From a virus (lineage: Duplodnaviria > Heunggongvirae > Uroviricota > Caudoviricetes): 53,426 bases of DNA. The position numbers and the translations under genes were made by a program. This document shows, piece by piece, positions 1 through 9,644 of this stretch (the stretch's first letter is position 1; the number at the start of each line of letters is the position of its first letter). Where the stretch lies: the IMG/VR virus record IMGVR_UViG_2541047798_000005; one strand, written 5' to 3'. The notes under the pieces were generated by a model. The model was given only the letters and a program-made list of their open reading frames with translations, made no database searches and had not been told where the DNA came from.

Positions 1-1215
1 ATGCTTACGGATACCAGGTTAAGGGCCATCGCCAACAAGCCATACGACGGTCCAAGCGAGATAGCTGATCGTGATGGCCTGTCAGCCAGGATAAGCCCAA
101 AAGGGAAAATTACTTTCCAGTACCGTTACAGATTCAACGGTAAGCCAGTGCGAATGAAGATCGGTGAATACGGGAAAATGAGTCTGAAAGACGCCCGCTA
201 TGCGGTGTCTGAATACAGGGAGTTGCTTACGAAAGGGAAGAATCCGGCACTGTGCGTAAAGCAGGCCATAGCCTTTGAGCAGGGCAAGCGATCTATATCC
301 GACGTAGTGGAAGACTATCTATCCCTGCCGAACGTCATTAAGCTGGTGGCATATAAAGAAGTCAAAAGCGCATTGATGCGCCACGTAGTCAACAAGTACG
401 GCGACTACATAGCTGACGACGTAACGACAAAACAGTGGATGGATATATTTGGCGAGATCACTGCGGCGGGTCACGCGGTTACGGCTGGTTTGATATTGAA
501 GCGAATGAAAATCATCGTTAACAGCGCAATCAGGCGTGGGCTAATGACTAACACGGCGATAAACAATATCCGTGTAGCTGACGTTGGCGAGCATTATGCG
601 GTGGGGGAGCGTTACCTTTCATGTGAGGAGATAGGCCACTTCTGGCGCACGGTAGACAGTTCGCAGATCTATCCGCAGAACAAAATAGCCTTAAAGCTAT
701 TATTGCTAACCGGGTGCAGGGTTGGTGAATTGCAGAAAATGAGAAGGGAACACCTAGATCTGGACAACGGTGTATGGACCGTTCCGGCGGCGGTGGCGAA
801 GACAAGAAGTGAAATCAGGCGGGGATTATCTGACTTGTCGATAAAAATGCTCAGGGAGGTTTTAACCTCCCATGAGTATGATTATGTATTCCCGCCAGTG
901 ATTAACGGCGGCAACAGGCCAGTAAACGTATCAGTGATAAAAGTAGCTGCAATATTCGTGCGTAAAAGGATGGGCGGTAAATCATGGTCCTGTCACGACC
1001 TCCGCAGGACGTGCCGGACACACCTTTCAGCTATAGGTGTTCCGGTACATATTGCAGAAAAGATCTTAGGCCATTCATTAAGGGGAATACTGGCGGTGTA
1101 CGACAAATATGATTATCTTGATGAACAAAAGGAGGCACTAAATAAGTTTGCTGATTATGTGTTATCTTTGGCTGACGTTAAACCAATCCGATCAAAGAAC
1201 TGCATTACGTCCTGA
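1..1215 (+). CDS. int: Tyrosine site-specific integrase (P4-like family); ATG at position 1, so upstream context is unseen
   Basis: 404 aa; N-terminus MLTDTRLRAI...KPYDG typical of P4-type integrases; C-terminal catalytic region with HDLRRT...H..LGH...Y motifs. Confidence 0.9.
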   Translation: MLTDTRLRAIANKPYDGPSEIADRDGLSARISPKGKITFQYRYRFNGKPVRMKIGEYGKMSLKDARYAVSEYRELLTKGKNPALCVKQAIAFEQGKRSISDVVEDYLSLPNVIKLVAYKEVKSALMRHVVNKYGDYIADDVTTKQWMDIFGEITAAGHAVTAGLILKRMKIIVNSAIRRGLMTNTAINNIRVADVGEHYAVGERYLSCEEIGHFWRTVDSSQIYPQNKIALKLLLLTGCRVGELQKMRREHLDLDNGVWTVPAAVAKTRSEIRRGLSDLSIKMLREVLTSHEYDYVFPPVINGGNRPVNVSVIKVAAIFVRKRMGGKSWSCHDLRRTCRTHLSAIGVPVHIAEKILGHSLRGILAVYDKYDYLDEQKEALNKFADYVLSLADVKPIRSKNCITS

Positions 1216-1385
1216 TAGCGGTACATAACGCCACGCCCGGTCCCAAGTACGTCAACCGGGTCGGGGAACGGAGTTCCGTTCCGTTCCCATTTTTTACGCC
1301 ATAAGTAAAACGTTCCCCTGCTAATTCCCCCAAGCATCCGGCAGATGGCAGGGCGACTAAGAAGGATTGTCCCGGTTTTATCCAT
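1155..1385 (-). CDS. xis: Excisionase / AlpA-family HTH DNA-binding protein
   Basis: 76 aa; segment LSRPAICRMLGGISRGTFYLWRKK...FPDPV resembles AlpA/Xis HTH; convergent with int and overlaps its 3' end by 60 nt; TAATG coupling with upstream gene. Confidence 0.55.
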   Translation of the reverse strand: MDKTGTILLSRPAICRMLGGISRGTFYLWRKKWERNGTPFPDPVDVLGTGRGVMYRYQDVMQFFDRIGLTSAKDNT

Positions 1386-2047
1386 TATTTATCCCCCGTG
1401 TATTCAACGTGTCCGATACATCCATCAATAATAGCTTGCGCCATATTGCGATAATCGCACGAAAAATCATTGTCGTGGTTAAAGTCAATCTCTTTTGCCG
1501 CGTCTTCACCCATAACATTGACAGCAAGTGCAAGCGCGATTTCAGCAAGTGCCTTTTCTTTCGGATCTATATGCAGCTTGAAAGAGCATGTTGTCCATGA
1601 TAGCGGCCTCTCGCCACAAAAATCTTCCTTGCTTTCACATATAGCCCATTTATCACCAACATATTTAAACCTGACGACATCAAGAATAGTTCCACTTGTC
1701 AAACCTACGCAATCAAGCCACACATTAACAGGAGGCTTATCACCTACGACCCATTCCGTTTTTTCTTGTTGTGTTTCGCAGTCACGGCGTTCATCTTCGA
1801 TTAATCCATCAATAATTTCACTTTCTTTATTCATGCCGTCATCATCCTTGTTAGATAAATTAGCGTATTTATCAAATTTCCAGCTTGCCGCCATAACTGA
1901 ATAAGTGCCGCGAGTATCAGCGCGGACGCCAACTAAATAGCATGATCCAAAATTGTATTCCGTGCGGCATGTTGTTACCTCAAACGATGGGTAAACATCA
2001 GGGTTAGTGCGATGACGAATTATGCCAATTACTCTTGATTCACTCAT
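1385..2047 (-). CDS. Hypothetical protein
   Basis: 220 aa from ATG at 2047 with GAGGA RBS; no recognisable motif. Confidence 0.5.
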   Translation of the reverse strand: MSESRVIGIIRHRTNPDVYPSFEVTTCRTEYNFGSCYLVGVRADTRGTYSVMAASWKFDKYANLSNKDDDGMNKESEIIDGLIEDERRDCETQQEKTEWVVGDKPPVNVWLDCVGLTSGTILDVVRFKYVGDKWAICESKEDFCGERPLSWTTCSFKLHIDPKEKALAEIALALAVNVMGEDAAKEIDFNHDNDFSCDYRNMAQAIIDGCIGHVEYTGDK

Positions 2048-2062
2048 TTTGTTTATCCTCAA

Positions 2063-2239
2063 TTACGCCACTGTTACATTGTCAACCTTAATAAAATATT
2101 CAGGATGATTTTCTATTTCGTGCTTAAAGTGCGCGTGACACAATCGCCACTCACGCGCCTGGTTGTGAAAGTAATAAACGTATTCGCCATCAACCTTATA
2201 CAAAATGCCTGTAGGTTTAGCCATGTAATAACTAGCCAT
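2063..2239 (-). CDS. Hypothetical small protein (58 aa)
   Basis: Not in ORF track (<60 aa); start overlaps ninB stop (TAATG). Confidence 0.4.
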   Translation of the reverse strand: MASYYMAKPTGILYKVDGEYVYYFHNQAREWRLCHAHFKHEIENHPEYFIKVDNVTVA

Positions 2240-2670
2240 TATTGCCCCCAGCGTTTTATAAATTCCTCGTTTAATTTCGTATCACCTGACCATTGAACAT
2301 TATGTTCAGCACCGAACGAGTAGATCAGTTCGATTAATTCGCTAAATTCCGCTTTACTCATCCGGCTGGTTGATGTTCCCAGCACAACAAAGCCTGATTT
2401 GTCCAGGTTAGGGACAACGCCATATTTCTTAAGCCCGGCAGTGAATACCGCCTTCCAGTCTTCCGGCGACAGCCTCTTACCGTACCAATTAACCTGATCA
2501 CTAATGTCGGTTAGCAACGCCCATAGAAGGCTATTTTGGCTTAGCGAGCGGGTTTTCTCCTGGATGGTGATTATCAGCGGGCTTTTGCTATCAGGCTGTA
2601 TTTCCCTTATCTGCCTGATAGCATTTTCTTTCACGGCGTCGTTGACTATCTCAAATCTAATTTGCCTCAT
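2239..2670 (-). CDS. ninB: Recombination protein NinB (Orf family)
   Basis: 143 aa; collinear similarity to lambda NinB as recalled (IQEKTRSLSQNSLLWALLTDIS...DWKAVFTA...VVPNLDKSGFVVLGTSTSRMSKAEF...WG). Confidence 0.85.
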   Translation of the reverse strand: MRQIRFEIVNDAVKENAIRQIREIQPDSKSPLIITIQEKTRSLSQNSLLWALLTDISDQVNWYGKRLSPEDWKAVFTAGLKKYGVVPNLDKSGFVVLGTSTSRMSKAEFSELIELIYSFGAEHNVQWSGDTKLNEEFIKRWGQ

Positions 2671-2864
2671 AATACACCGTTGCTATTTTTCCATTGCGCC
2701 CGCGCATACATGATCGCCCATAAAGAAATGAGCCTTGAACTAGCCATATGGTCGTTTTTTAGTTTTTTCATATCAACGACGACAGGACGATCAGGATCAT
2801 CGTCGCGCATGTATTCCGCAATCGTGCTCAGGTCTTCAACTGTTAAATCTAATTCCTTATCCAT
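2667..2864 (-). CDS. Hypothetical protein
   Basis: 65 aa ORF in operon context, overlapping neighbours by 4 nt. Confidence 0.4.
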   Translation of the reverse strand: MDKELDLTVEDLSTIAEYMRDDDPDRPVVVDMKKLKNDHMASSRLISLWAIMYARAQWKNSNGVL

Positions 2865-2873
2865 AACGCCACC

Positions 2874-3080
2874 TCACACAATACGCATTGTGTTTCGTAA
2901 TTCACCGCGCAGCGCCTGCAGTGCATCACGCATTGGTACAAAAACCCGGTTAAATTTTACGTGTTTATATTTCCGCATCAGTGGCGGTGTATACACCTTT
3001 GCGTCGTATACTTCCCACGGATAATAAACGCGCGTATCGTCAATAAACGTTTCAACTGAATAAAAGATTACCCGTCTCAT
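2874..3080 (-). CDS. Hypothetical protein
   Basis: 68 aa ORF in operon context. Confidence 0.4.
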   Translation of the reverse strand: MRRVIFYSVETFIDDTRVYYPWEVYDAKVYTPPLMRKYKHVKFNRVFVPMRDALQALRGELRNTMRIV

Positions 3081-3604
3081 AATTCCAACCCCGTTTCACC
3101 GTTAAGTTTTTCGATCTCAAATACTGGTTTATCCGGCAGCAGGCCGTTATTTTTCCGGTATTCATTCAGGCGGTTGTTAAATTCAAATACGATAGGACTC
3201 GAACAACCATAGAAGCGAGCTGATCTAAAAAAGTATTTCCCATCAAATTTATTAACTGTTAATAAATTTTCACTGCCTAACATCTTTAAAACCCGACAAA
3301 TTTTCCTCTGTTTTATTTCGAGTTTTAATTCTTTTTTAACATCCTCAGCAGAAAAATAATCGCTACTATTCAGAAATAAAGGCATGATTTTTTTTATTGC
3401 CATTTCGCGCACTGACTTCAAGCAATATGATAATCGCGGCCCTCCCATTTCCACAGGAATAATAGCGCCGTCAGAAACCATATCACGCAAACTATTAACG
3501 ATCTCGATTTCAGGACCTGGAATAGATTTAATAATTGTTGCTTCACCAGCAACAGTGGCATCCTGTAAAAATTTCGCTATTTGTGTTTTATAAATGGTTT
3601 TCAT
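3077..3604 (-). CDS. Hypothetical protein
   Basis: 175 aa from ATG at 3604 with GAGG RBS (track ORF begins at an upstream GTG). Confidence 0.5.
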   Translation of the reverse strand: MKTIYKTQIAKFLQDATVAGEATIIKSIPGPEIEIVNSLRDMVSDGAIIPVEMGGPRLSYCLKSVREMAIKKIMPLFLNSSDYFSAEDVKKELKLEIKQRKICRVLKMLGSENLLTVNKFDGKYFFRSARFYGCSSPIVFEFNNRLNEYRKNNGLLPDKPVFEIEKLNGETGLEL

Positions 3605-3682
3605 TGTTTCTAGCCTCGATTTAAGCGCGAAAACAGCCACCAGAAAGCGGTAAACTTTCCGGTAAGCCGTTTCTCAAGTTAA

Positions 3683-5104
3683 TTAAAAAGATGCGTTATT
3701 CTGGTTGTTTCGTGGTGAGAATCGGCTTGCAGACGGACGTTGTTGCATTGACTGGATGCAAGCTGACGCCGCGCGGGCCTGGTCGCATGGTAAGATGTTG
3801 CCGTTGTCGTCAAACCGCTGGTAAACAGTCCCCGTTTTCCCGTGACGGTTTTTCGAAACAATGATCTCCATATATTCGCGGGCAACAGACTGTTCATCAT
3901 AGTACCCGTCGCGGTAGACCATGATGATCCGGTCTGCGTCCTGTTCAAGATTACCGGAATCACGCAGATCAGAATTGTTCGGGCGCTTGTTCGGTCGTTC
4001 CTCAACGCGGCGGGATAATTGCGCCAGTGCCAACACTGGTACGCGCAATTCTTTCGCCATCATCTTCAACGACCATGACAATTGCCCTACAGCGAGATCG
4101 TGACGTTCTGCCTTAGCCAGCTTCATTAACCCGATGTAGTCAATCATTACCATACCCAGGTTGGGATAATCCTGCTTCATTCGTTCAGTTGTGGCGCGTA
4201 TTTCCTCGACAGTTAACTGTGATGCATCAACAATCCACACATCGAGATCAGCAAGTGCGCTCATTCCCTGGGCAACGTGCGCCCATCCTTCGTCATCCAG
4301 TTTTACCGGATTACGTAAGCAATCCGTTGACAAGTTCCCTGCGCCAGCGATAGCGCGTTCAGTCATCTGATCGAGCGACATTTCAAGCGTGAACAACAAA
4401 ACGCCGACCCGCTGACCTTCTCCGCCAGGGTATTGGCGTTCAGCAGCCGCGCGGGCAATTGCCAACGCCAACGCCGATTTACCAGACCCTGGGCGTCCGG
4501 CGATAAGCACCAGATCAGTAGCGTTAATGCCGCCTAACATTTCGTCGAGTGGGTCAATCCCTGTTTTGATGTTGTCAGAGTTCACGCCACACTCCATGCG
4601 TTTACTTAGCACTTCCGTGTATTCCTGGACAGCATCGCGCAACAGCACCGGGATAATCTGATCTTTTGTTACCTTTAATTTTGAATACCGGGAATCAAAA
4701 TCTTTCATCGTCTCTTTGACGACCTCAAGTGTCCCAGTTTCCAGTTTGTAGCGCATATCGTCGATGAGTTCCAACATCTGCCGCCGCTGGTGCTCTTCAC
4801 GTAGTAGCTGTGCATATCCCTTCAGGTTGGCAGCAGAAGGGCACGATCGCGCCGTTTGCATTAGCGGTACAAAGTTTTCATTACCAATCTCATCACCAAC
4901 CAATAACGCGTCGATAAGATTCCTGTTTCTGGCTTGCGCCCGGATAATTTCAAACGCCCGCTTATACAGCGGAATAGTGAACACTTCAGGATCTAGCGTA
5001 GCGAGAACATCTTGCGCGTTAGGAGTGAGGCCGCCTAATAGCAGCCCGCCGATAACTGACGCTTCACGTTCCTGCAGTAGTGAGTTTATCTGCTCAGTTA
5101 CCAT
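3683..5104 (-). CDS. Replicative DNA helicase, DnaB family
   Basis: 473 aa; Walker A GRPGSGKS, DnaB C-terminal RecA-like domain with characteristic N-terminal domain; GGAGG RBS. Confidence 0.9.
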   Translation of the reverse strand: MVTEQINSLLQEREASVIGGLLLGGLTPNAQDVLATLDPEVFTIPLYKRAFEIIRAQARNRNLIDALLVGDEIGNENFVPLMQTARSCPSAANLKGYAQLLREEHQRRQMLELIDDMRYKLETGTLEVVKETMKDFDSRYSKLKVTKDQIIPVLLRDAVQEYTEVLSKRMECGVNSDNIKTGIDPLDEMLGGINATDLVLIAGRPGSGKSALALAIARAAAERQYPGGEGQRVGVLLFTLEMSLDQMTERAIAGAGNLSTDCLRNPVKLDDEGWAHVAQGMSALADLDVWIVDASQLTVEEIRATTERMKQDYPNLGMVMIDYIGLMKLAKAERHDLAVGQLSWSLKMMAKELRVPVLALAQLSRRVEERPNKRPNNSDLRDSGNLEQDADRIIMVYRDGYYDEQSVAREYMEIIVSKNRHGKTGTVYQRFDDNGNILPCDQARAASACIQSMQQRPSASRFSPRNNQNNASF

Positions 5105-5122
5105 TATGTCATTACCTCCGGT

Positions 5123-6241
5123 TTACAAAATGGAATATTCAGGGTAATAAACAAAGCGCCCGATCTCACCATAATCCTGGCTGTAAATAATCACCGCTGC
5201 CATACGACGTGACCGCCAGCCGCCATTAGTTGAGTAAGCGTCTTTACCCGCTAACGTGCCGTGATACTCAACAACGCCTAACGATGATTCAATTAGCCGT
5301 TGATGATGCCAGTGCCCGCAATGAGCGTAAACCGCCGCAGACTTGCCAAAGTCTTCTCGCCAGTCAGAGACGCAGGCAGACAACAAATTTTCAGGTTTTT
5401 TGATAGTATGACCGTGATGATATGCAAGGAATGTTTTGCCGTACTGTGTGTGGTGGACGATAGCAGGGGACACATCAACAGTTACGCGCGGTTCATCTTC
5501 GTAAAAAGCCGCCAGCGCCGCACGTAGCCAAATCATGCCAGACTGATCGTGATTGCCTGATAGTACCTGGATTTCAATATCCTTATGATTTAACAACATC
5601 TTTCCTACCGCCCGACGTACCGCTCGGATCGCTACATAGACAAGTTTTGCATAGCGTGAATCGCAATCCAGTACGTGATTGCTTGATGGCGTAACTGGCA
5701 ACAGCCCGTCAGTGTGAAGAACATCCCCACCGAGAAGCAAAACAGCTTTTTCAGACATCGGCGCAGCGCCCACCGCGTAGTCAAAGAATTCATTCAACAC
5801 GCGTTCAGCGATCCCAGTGTCGTAGCTCTCGCCGCATTCAGCTTTATGAGCAAGCGCCCCGATATGCAGATCAAATACCGGATAAAGGGCCAGGCTTTTT
5901 TGAAAATCAATTTCAGGCACTGGCACGGCCTCCGCGCGTGGTATTTCTTCCGTGAATGCGTCGCGGGCAGCTTCCATTAGCCTTTCCATTTCATCACGGT
6001 CACGGGCAGTTTTAATCCAGCGCATGACCGTATTACCAGCCTTATCGACAAGAACAGATTCACCAGTAACGCCAAAACCAGGCGCGCGACGCGTTGATAT
6101 TAAACCGCGTTTCGCCAGTTTTGCGCCTAGCCGCTCGACGTTGCGTTTTGACATGCCATATTTTTCAGCGATCTGCTTGTACGTTAAACCGTTGTTATAT
6201 TCAGCGATCAATTGCTCATCGCTGATTTTTCTTTGCGACAT
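5123..6241 (-). CDS. N-terminal HTH domain fused to calcineurin-like metallophosphoesterase
   Basis: 372 aa; N-terminal HTH (LTYKQIAEKYGMSKRNVERL); phosphoesterase motifs DLHIG, GGDVLHTD, GNHD, HHGH, GHWHH. Confidence 0.6.
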   Translation of the reverse strand: MSQRKISDEQLIAEYNNGLTYKQIAEKYGMSKRNVERLGAKLAKRGLISTRRAPGFGVTGESVLVDKAGNTVMRWIKTARDRDEMERLMEAARDAFTEEIPRAEAVPVPEIDFQKSLALYPVFDLHIGALAHKAECGESYDTGIAERVLNEFFDYAVGAAPMSEKAVLLLGGDVLHTDGLLPVTPSSNHVLDCDSRYAKLVYVAIRAVRRAVGKMLLNHKDIEIQVLSGNHDQSGMIWLRAALAAFYEDEPRVTVDVSPAIVHHTQYGKTFLAYHHGHTIKKPENLLSACVSDWREDFGKSAAVYAHCGHWHHQRLIESSLGVVEYHGTLAGKDAYSTNGGWRSRRMAAVIIYSQDYGEIGRFVYYPEYSIL

Positions 6242-6274
6242 AATGTTATTTCCTCATGTTTACATTTTGTATAT

Positions 6275-6997
6275 TTATTGACAGCAAACAATCTCTTTAT
6301 ATGTTTCTTCTACCATGTCGAATACTTCCGGCCTGTAATAAAAAAATTCAGTGCTACCATCAAACTTAACAGGGAAGTTTATTTTATAGTCACTGAAAGC
6401 ATCGTGCATTTTGCTTTCTATTTCCTGCATAATCTCAGTAGGCCCATTCCATGTTTTAACTACCTGTAAATCAGTCAGCCTTACACCTGCCTTACGAGCA
6501 CTTTTAAATACTCTGTTCCTCCTTTCGTTCTCTTTTACGCTTACACCAATTTTCATTTGTGTAGGCACTTCAAGATCATCAACCATGATGTAAAGTTTTC
6601 CGTTGTAGTGTGATAAAAACCCGTATTTAGCGCATTTCGGGCAACCGCGCCCGCTCTTAATGTCTCTAGGTTTAGCCGACCACTCATGATCACAAACCTT
6701 GCAGCGGCATAATACTTTTATTTTGTCGCCGGTAATTTCCCCAAGCACTTCAATATCAGGATTAACCTTAGCAATAGCCGATATTTGTTCTTCATGCGAT
6801 AACTTCATATTCCCAGCGCATTTCTGGCAACCACGTCCATATTTAATATTGCTAGGTGTAGCCGACCATTCATGGTTACAAACTTTGCAGCGACATAATA
6901 CTTTTGTACTGTTATTAACAATTTCCCCTAACACTTCAACATCAGGATTAACTTTCGCGATAGCTGCAACTTGTTCTTCATGTGTTAACTTGCGCAT
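6275..6997 (-). CDS. Duplicated zinc-ribbon domains fused to a T5orf172-like (GIY-YIG-related) domain
   Basis: 240 aa; two 63-aa repeats each with CRCKVC...GRGC.KC; C-terminal GKLYIMV...KIGVS...IESKMHDAF...GSTEFF pattern. Confidence 0.55.
   Translation of the reverse strand: MRKLTHEEQVAAIAKVNPDVEVLGEIVNNSTKVLCRCKVCNHEWSATPSNIKYGRGCQKCAGNMKLSHEEQISAIAKVNPDIEVLGEITGDKIKVLCRCKVCDHEWSAKPRDIKSGRGCPKCAKYGFLSHYNGKLYIMVDDLEVPTQMKIGVSVKENERRNRVFKSARKAGVRLTDLQVVKTWNGPTEIMQEIESKMHDAFSDYKINFPVKFDGSTEFFYYRPEVFDMVEETYKEIVCCQ
6629..6985 (-). repeat. Intragenic tandem duplication (about 189-bp unit, two copies) encoding the two zinc-ribbon repeats
   Basis: Protein repeats are near-identical; the DNA copies are clearly related (e.g. 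around 6735 versus 6921). Confidence 0.6.
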
Positions 6998-7136
6998 CGC
7001 TCCAACTCCTTAAGAACATCATGCGCGCTACAACGCAAAAACCCACCGCGACACCCGTTTGCACAGGTTGCAGTGTCTTATTGCGTCAGAGACGCCATCA
7101 GGTGGCTAATTTTCGATTTACAGAATGGTAGGTAGG

Positions 7137-7238
7137 TTATGGATTGATTAGCAGGTACAGACCGCCGAACAAGGCGACGTTAACAGCGATTGCCGCAGCG
7201 ATGGCAAAAGCCAGGGCGAAAACGTGTTTACCGTCCAT
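7137..7238 (-). CDS. Small hydrophobic peptide (33 aa)
   Basis: ATG with GAGAGG RBS; MDGKHVFALAFAIAAAIAVNVALFGGLYLLINP. Confidence 0.35.
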   Translation of the reverse strand: MDGKHVFALAFAIAAAIAVNVALFGGLYLLINP

Positions 7239-7371
7239 TTTAAAATCCTCTCTGTAACGCTCTATAACGAGCTAATCGCAAAAAGGTAAGCAAGTGTAGC
7301 ACCACATGCGATTTAGCTCGCTGGTGAGGTTGTTTTGTGGGTAATTTTGGATTTTTGCGGATCGTGATTGG

Positions 7372-8424
7372 TCAAAGAACGCCAGCGCGCGTATCACGTA
7401 GCGTTTTTGGTTTAAGCAGGAAATCAAGTGTCGCGGTGAAGCCATCGCCGAAGTAAAAATCTGAAGCCGTGTTTTTGAACGTTTCGAAGTAGGCGACAAA
7501 GCCGTTAATGCTTTTGTCTTTCAGGTAGTCAGTGAACGCATAGATCTTGCGTTCAAGATCCCGATCCAGTTCGGCAGGTGGTAACAGGCCGTCAAACGTG
7601 CTGTTAAATGCTTCCACCACGTCGGCAGCGTTTACAGTGGCTGACAGTTTGCGCCATTGTTCAGCATCAGTCAGATACCCATCAAATTTAGTTACCCGGC
7701 AAATGTTGATAGGCTTAGGTACTCCACCACGGCTACGCCATTGGGTTAAAGCCCACTCAATTACTAACGTGATCTCATTCTCCGTATACGCTTTACGTGT
7801 TTTTGTTTCTGTCAGTAGTTCTACGAATGGCTTAGCATCACGACATTTGCATCCTGCCTTGTCGTTGTAGAAGGCAAGGCAACGCAATGCCGCTTCGTTT
7901 ACGCCATCCTGATTGACCATTTTTTGTTCATTTTCGACAATACACGAAGTGTATATATCTTTTTCTCTTTCTTTTTCTACTTCTAATTCTAATTCATGAC
8001 CCTTTCCTGACCCGGTCATGACCCTATCATGACCTTTTTGTGTTGGATTGATTAACTTTTCTAATTTTAATTGCTCCTTCGCTGTGTTTATGGCGGCCCT
8101 GTAAGCGCTTTTAGAAGTCATTGATTGGTCCAGCCTTTTCAATAACTTTAAACAAGTTATGTGGCCTTGAGAACATTCAAACAAACCAATTTCGATGAAG
8201 TATTTCATCATTTCTTCTATACGTTTTTCAGTAGATCCGACGTTTCGCGCAATTATTCTTGCGTCATGTCGTAGGTCAAAAGTTAGATTGTGCTGATCTA
8301 CGTCATAAGTTATTAGTTCTAGGCAATACCAATAAAGCCCGTACCCTTCCAGGCCATAATCTAACAAAACGTTTTGAAGTTTTTCATCGCGGTTCGCATC
8401 GCTGTCATGCTTAAACCACTTCAT
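7372..8424 (-). CDS. Replication initiation protein with phage replisome-organizer-type N-terminal domain
   Basis: 350 aa; N-terminus MKWFKHDSDANRDEKLQNVLLDYGLEGYGLYWYCLELI typical of replisome-organizer / DUF4373-type N-domains; sits where lambda O would be. Confidence 0.65.
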   Translation of the reverse strand: MKWFKHDSDANRDEKLQNVLLDYGLEGYGLYWYCLELITYDVDQHNLTFDLRHDARIIARNVGSTEKRIEEMMKYFIEIGLFECSQGHITCLKLLKRLDQSMTSKSAYRAAINTAKEQLKLEKLINPTQKGHDRVMTGSGKGHELELEVEKEREKDIYTSCIVENEQKMVNQDGVNEAALRCLAFYNDKAGCKCRDAKPFVELLTETKTRKAYTENEITLVIEWALTQWRSRGGVPKPINICRVTKFDGYLTDAEQWRKLSATVNAADVVEAFNSTFDGLLPPAELDRDLERKIYAFTDYLKDKSINGFVAYFETFKNTASDFYFGDGFTATLDFLLKPKTLRDTRAGVL

Positions 8425-8427
8425 AGA

Positions 8428-8685
8428 TCATCCCTCCGGCAACATCACTACATAGACATCACTGAATGCATCAAGACGACAAACAAATCCTTTATCCATT
8501 AACGCGGCGAAGGCATCATGTACCGTATGAACAGGAAGTTCACACATTGCGGCTACTTCTTTGCGTGATGCATCATGTACCCGTCCTTTGTTATCTGCCT
8601 TTTCAGCCAGAGCCATTAAGACAAGTTTTTGAATCGGGCTATTAAGTTTTACGTTCCATGCTTTACTAATCATGTTCATACTCAT
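8428..8685 (-). CDS. Cro/CII-like small HTH regulator, first gene of the minus-strand early operon
   Basis: 85 aa from ATG at 8685 with AGGAG RBS; predicted HTH; divergent from cI-like gene. Confidence 0.55.
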   Translation of the reverse strand: MSMNMISKAWNVKLNSPIQKLVLMALAEKADNKGRVHDASRKEVAAMCELPVHTVHDAFAALMDKGFVCRLDAFSDVYVVMLPEG

Positions 8686-8794
8686 CGCATTTTCTCCTAT
8701 GGTTAGAGTGAACGCGCGGGCGGGCATCCCATTAGCATTAGATAGCAGTGACTGACCGCTCAACAGATCCCGCCGTTGCGTGATATTTGTTTTT

Positions 8795-8827
8795 CGCTTC
8801 GCAGCGACACCGGATTTTTAAAGAGCA
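8795..8827 (-). promoter_or_regulatory. nut-like site (boxA-like TGCTCTTTAAAAA plus hairpin CGCUGCGAAGCG) in leader of the minus-strand operon
   Basis: Minus-strand reading gives a close match to rrn/lambda boxA followed 8 nt later by a short GNRA-type hairpin. Confidence 0.4.
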
Positions 8828-8990
8828 TAAGGTAAGTGCCTTTTTGTGCCTTCAGTTATCTTTTTCCTTGCGTCTTTGCAAGTATGGCCTTACCTTGTCT
8901 GCAAGTTTACAAAATGGAATTTTAAGATCAAGGCTTAAAATACACGTTTTGTGACTTGCATCAAACTTTTTGAGGTTATAGGGTAGCGAC

Positions 8991-9638
8991 ATGAAAACAA
9001 AATGGTATGACTTAGCAAAGCAGCTCATGCGGGCGCAGGGCATGAGCCAGGATTCACTCGCGGATCGTATGGGGATAACTAAAGGCGGCCTGTCACACTG
9101 GCTGAACGGTCGCCGAGAGCCAAATCTTGAAGATATTGCGCGGATTATGCGCGAGCTTGGTCGTCGGCAGTTTACTGTTACACATGATGGCATGGTCATT
9201 GATGATTCTGTTTCTAATACACTTCAGGCCGTGCCGCCGCGTGATTTAGGTAGTTACCCGGTTATTGACTGGAAGGACACAGTAAACAATATGGATGACG
9301 CAAGGCGTTCAGCATTACGACACGTTACGACTAGCGTTATTTGTTCAGATGACAGTTACTGGCTGGTTGCCAAAGGTGAATCAATGAACGCGCCGCAGGG
9401 GTTGAGCATCCCGGCGGGGACGATGATACTTGTGGACCCGCACGCGCCAGCTATTGACGGCAAACTGGTTATAGCCCAGCTTGAGGAAGGGCAGATACCG
9501 ACGTTTAAACAGTTGATTATTGATGGAGGTCAAAGGCTTTTACGTTCGCTCAATCCGCTGTATCCGCCAATCCCTATGAATCCAGAATCAAAAATTATAG
9601 GCGTGGTGGTTGATGCGAAGATCGTAAACCTGCCATAA
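8991..9638 (+). CDS. cI: cI-like repressor (N-terminal HTH, C-terminal S24 LexA-like peptidase domain)
   Basis: 215 aa; HTH (GMSQDSLADRMGITKGGLSHWLNGRR); S24 motifs GESM and K-containing C-terminus; no RBS before ATG, consistent with a leaderless pRM-type transcript. Confidence 0.85.
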   Translation: MKTKWYDLAKQLMRAQGMSQDSLADRMGITKGGLSHWLNGRREPNLEDIARIMRELGRRQFTVTHDGMVIDDSVSNTLQAVPPRDLGSYPVIDWKDTVNNMDDARRSALRHVTTSVICSDDSYWLVAKGESMNAPQGLSIPAGTMILVDPHAPAIDGKLVIAQLEEGQIPTFKQLIIDGGQRLLRSLNPLYPPIPMNPESKIIGVVVDAKIVNLP

Positions 9639-9644
9639 ACATTA

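Noticed and set aside
1-3. Integrase truncated by the window edge
   Set aside because: An ATG sits at position 1 and the N-terminal sequence resembles complete P4-type integrases, so it is treated as complete, although upstream sequence and the att site cannot be seen.
548-805. 85-aa ORF antisense within the integrase gene
   Set aside because: Lies entirely inside a well-supported int coding region on the other strand; Pro/Cys-rich low-complexity translation.
5293-5980. Internal ORFs (61-88 aa) on both strands within the metallophosphoesterase gene
   Set aside because: Nested in or antisense to a longer ORF with clear conserved catalytic motifs.
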